Assembly (NCBI GenBank): GCA_964542815.1
Contig: CAZIUU010000007.1
Location: 957-38,533, forward strand
Reading direction: 5' to 3'
Length of the DNA: 37,577 bases
DNA from: an uncultured Methanosarcinales archaeon
GTDB lineage: Archaea; Nanobdellota; Nanobdellia; Woesearchaeales; GW2011-AR9
Shown: piece after piece, positions 36,271 through 37,577 of the stretch
Numbering within the stretch: the first letter of the stretch is position 1
How the letters are laid out: every line of letters begins with the position of its first letter
Made by a program: the position numbers and the translations under genes
Notes under the pieces: model-generated
Told to the model about the DNA's origin: nothing
Database searches by the model: none
The model's input: the letters and a program-made list of their open reading frames with translations, nothing else

Positions 36271-36280
36271 AATTTAATAA
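36271..36280 (+). promoter_or_regulatory. TATA-box-like element upstream of hicB
   Basis: AATTTAATAA ends 22 nt upstream of the ATG at 36303. Confidence 0.4.
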
Positions 36281-36302
36281 ACACACCCCTATTTTAATTA
36301 TT

Positions 36303-36527
36303 ATGGCACGAAAATTCACGGTACTTATTGAACAAGACGAGGATGGGATCTATGTAGGTAAGGTTATAGAGTTAAAGGGTTGTTTAAGCCAAGGAGATAC
36401 CATTGACGAGCTTCTGAAGAATATTAAAGAAGCAGTTGAACTTTGTTTGGAAGTGGAGAAAGAAGACACTTCAGAAGTAGAACTACATTCTAAGTTTGTG
36501 GGTGTCCAACAAATCGAGGTTGCCTAA
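36303..36527 (+). CDS. hicB: HicB-family antitoxin (UPF0150)
   Basis: The sequence FTVLIEQDEDGIYVGKVIELKGCLSQGDTIDELLKNIKEAVELCLE is typical of the HicB N-domain. It sits directly upstream of hicA. Confidence 0.8.
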   Translation: MARKFTVLIEQDEDGIYVGKVIELKGCLSQGDTIDELLKNIKEAVELCLEVEKEDTSEVELHSKFVGVQQIEVA

Positions 36528-36530
36528 AAG

Positions 36531-36755
36531 ATGAAATTGCCTCTCCTTTCTGCGAGAGAGGTTTGCAAGTTTCTGGAGCAGGAAGGGTTCGAAGCGATTA
36601 GGCAAAAAGGCAGTCATCGTTTTTATCGCCACCAAGATGGAAGAACCACCACGGTTCCTATTCACAGCAATAAGGATATTGGTCGTGGTTTGCTGAATGC
36701 AATTTTGGACGAAATCAACCTCAGTCGGGAAGAATTCTTTCGGAAATTCAAGTAA
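36531..36755 (+). CDS. hicA: HicA-family mRNA interferase toxin
   Basis: The sequence LSAREVCKFLEQEGFEAIRQKGSHRFYRH.DGRTTTVPIHSNKDIGRGLLNAIL is the YcfA/HicA signature (GSH). Confidence 0.85.
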   Translation: MKLPLLSAREVCKFLEQEGFEAIRQKGSHRFYRHQDGRTTTVPIHSNKDIGRGLLNAILDEINLSREEFFRKFK

Positions 36756-36772
36756 TTCCTATGGAGATAACT

Positions 36773-36868
36773 ATGCCCAATTTCCCAAACAACAAAAAGA
36801 CGTTTCTGGCAAAACTAGATAAATCCAAGAAAGGAGAGGTTAACCGAAAATCGGCTTTTGGGCTTTAG
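36773..36868 (+). pseudogene. 31-codon fragment duplicating the 5' end of the taw3/TYW3-like gene
   Basis: It encodes MPNFPNNKKTFLAKLDKSKKGEVNRKSAFGL*. Its first 64 nt are 62/64 identical to 37514-37577. Confidence 0.45.
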
Positions 36869-36945
36869 CATCCGTAATATTTATATACTTTAACTTACAT
36901 ATAAGTGAAATACCTATAATCAGAGTGGTTTTAATGGAAATAATA

Positions 36946-37137
36946 ATGAGCAGGCATGCTTTGGAACAAGCTAGGGAAAGAGGTGTGTCTATCAGTGAGA
37001 TAAAGAAAACTATTCAGCAAGGTGCGAAATATATTCAAGTTCCGGATAAAATTGTTTCGGAATTTATGCATGTAAAATTGGTTTATAAAAAAATAGAAGA
37101 CAAATGGTTCGTAATAACCGTAATGATTAGAACATAA
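36946..37137 (+). CDS. DUF4258-like small toxin candidate
   Basis: MSRHALEQARERGVSISEIKKTIQQG... resembles DUF4258 (HA..R...RgI). The ORF track begins at the GTG at 36925, and alternative ATGs lie at 36934 and 36946. TATA-like boxes are at 36877-36887 and 36912-36920. Confidence 0.5.
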   Translation: MSRHALEQARERGVSISEIKKTIQQGAKYIQVPDKIVSEFMHVKLVYKKIEDKWFVITVMIRT

Positions 37138-37147
37138 GGTGCCTAAA

Positions 37148-37477
37148 ATGAAATGTCCAATATGTGAAAAAGGAGAACTCCTCCAAAAGAAAATAAAATA
37201 TTCAGTGTATGGTGTGGACTTGGGTATTTTTCCGGCTCAAGTTTGCACAGAATGCCATGAAGAATGGTTTGATGAGAAGACTTCTAAAAAAATAGAAGAA
37301 CTCGAAAAGAAAAAAGGGTTGTTTGGCGTTAATAAGCGAAGCAAAGTGTCTTATTCGGGGAATTCCCTTATTATCCGCATTCCAGAATCAATTGCCAGCT
37401 TTATGGATATCCAAAAAGAAGACGAATTTGTAATTCACCCGGAAGGGAAAGGAAAGCTTTGCGTGGAATTTGTTTAG
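37148..37477 (+). CDS. MqsA/YgiT-type zinc-ribbon antitoxin candidate with AbrB/SpoVT-like C-terminal domain
   Basis: It has a CPICEKG...CTECHEEW zinc ribbon and a C-terminal GNSLIIRIPESIASFMD swapped-hairpin-like motif. AAGGTG lies 6 nt upstream of the ATG at 37148; the ORF track starts at the GTG at 37139. Confidence 0.5.
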   Translation: MKCPICEKGELLQKKIKYSVYGVDLGIFPAQVCTECHEEWFDEKTSKKIEELEKKKGLFGVNKRSKVSYSGNSLIIRIPESIASFMDIQKEDEFVIHPEGKGKLCVEFV

Positions 37478-37513
37478 ATTAGAATGATAGTTTCCAAGCA
37501 AGAGATTTTGAGA

Positions 37514-37577
37514 ATGCCTAACTTCCCAAACAACAAAAAGACGTTTCTGGCAAAACTAGATAAATCCAAGAAAGGAG
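37514..37577 (+). CDS. taw3: 5' end of a tRNA wybutosine-synthesis TYW3/Taw3-like gene (partial, runs off the window)
   Basis: MPNFPNNKKTFLAKLDKSKKGE fits the remembered TYW3 N-terminal pattern F..(K)K...L.K.D.S.KG.(V/I)D. Only 21 codons are visible. Confidence 0.4.
   Translation, partial: MPNFPNNKKTFLAKLDKSKKG

Overview
This is an AT-rich, gene-dense archaeal chromosomal window. Archaeal markers include RadB, aMBF1, ribosomal protein uS2, SecF/SecD, an RNase J-like beta-CASP nuclease, an AMP phosphorylase-type DeoA, TrmI and dUTPase. Many genes have a TATA-like box about 21-27 nt upstream of the ATG, which suggests leaderless-style promoters. The mix of archaeal core genes with bacterial-type genes (RNase D/HRDC, YvcK, a GlmU pyrophosphorylase domain) and the many envelope genes suggest a small-genome DPANN-like archaeon; this is inference only. 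No rRNA, tRNA or CRISPR array was recognised by eye. The main blocks are as follows. (1) 102-8291 holds housekeeping genes plus two paralogous ~130-nt candidate structured RNAs (2125-2253 and 4314-4443) that show compensatory covariation. (2) 8359-16353 is a minus-strand envelope glycosylation cluster: PAP2 phosphatase, DPPR-synthase-like UbiA, an ArnT/PMT-like GT-C, a membrane thioredoxin, a processive GT2, and two tandem STT3/AglB-like paralogs lacking the WWDYG motif. (3) 17296-22414 is an operon of two paralogous lipobox proteins and a ~1170-aa repeat-rich, Cys-rich secreted protein. The frame of that protein is broken by a 16-nt insertion that creates a perfect 22-nt palindrome. (4) 22653-29808 is housekeeping and nucleotide-sugar metabolism. 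(5) 29810-31960 is a small accessory island: a start-less ORF, an unknown 255-aa protein and a HEPN/MNT pair. (6) 32015-36189 is housekeeping. (7) 36303-37577 is a toxin-antitoxin islet (hicBA plus a DUF4258-like/zinc-ribbon pair) sitting between two copies of the 5' end of a taw3/TYW3-like gene. All functional calls rest on motif recognition in the supplied translations; no database search was possible.
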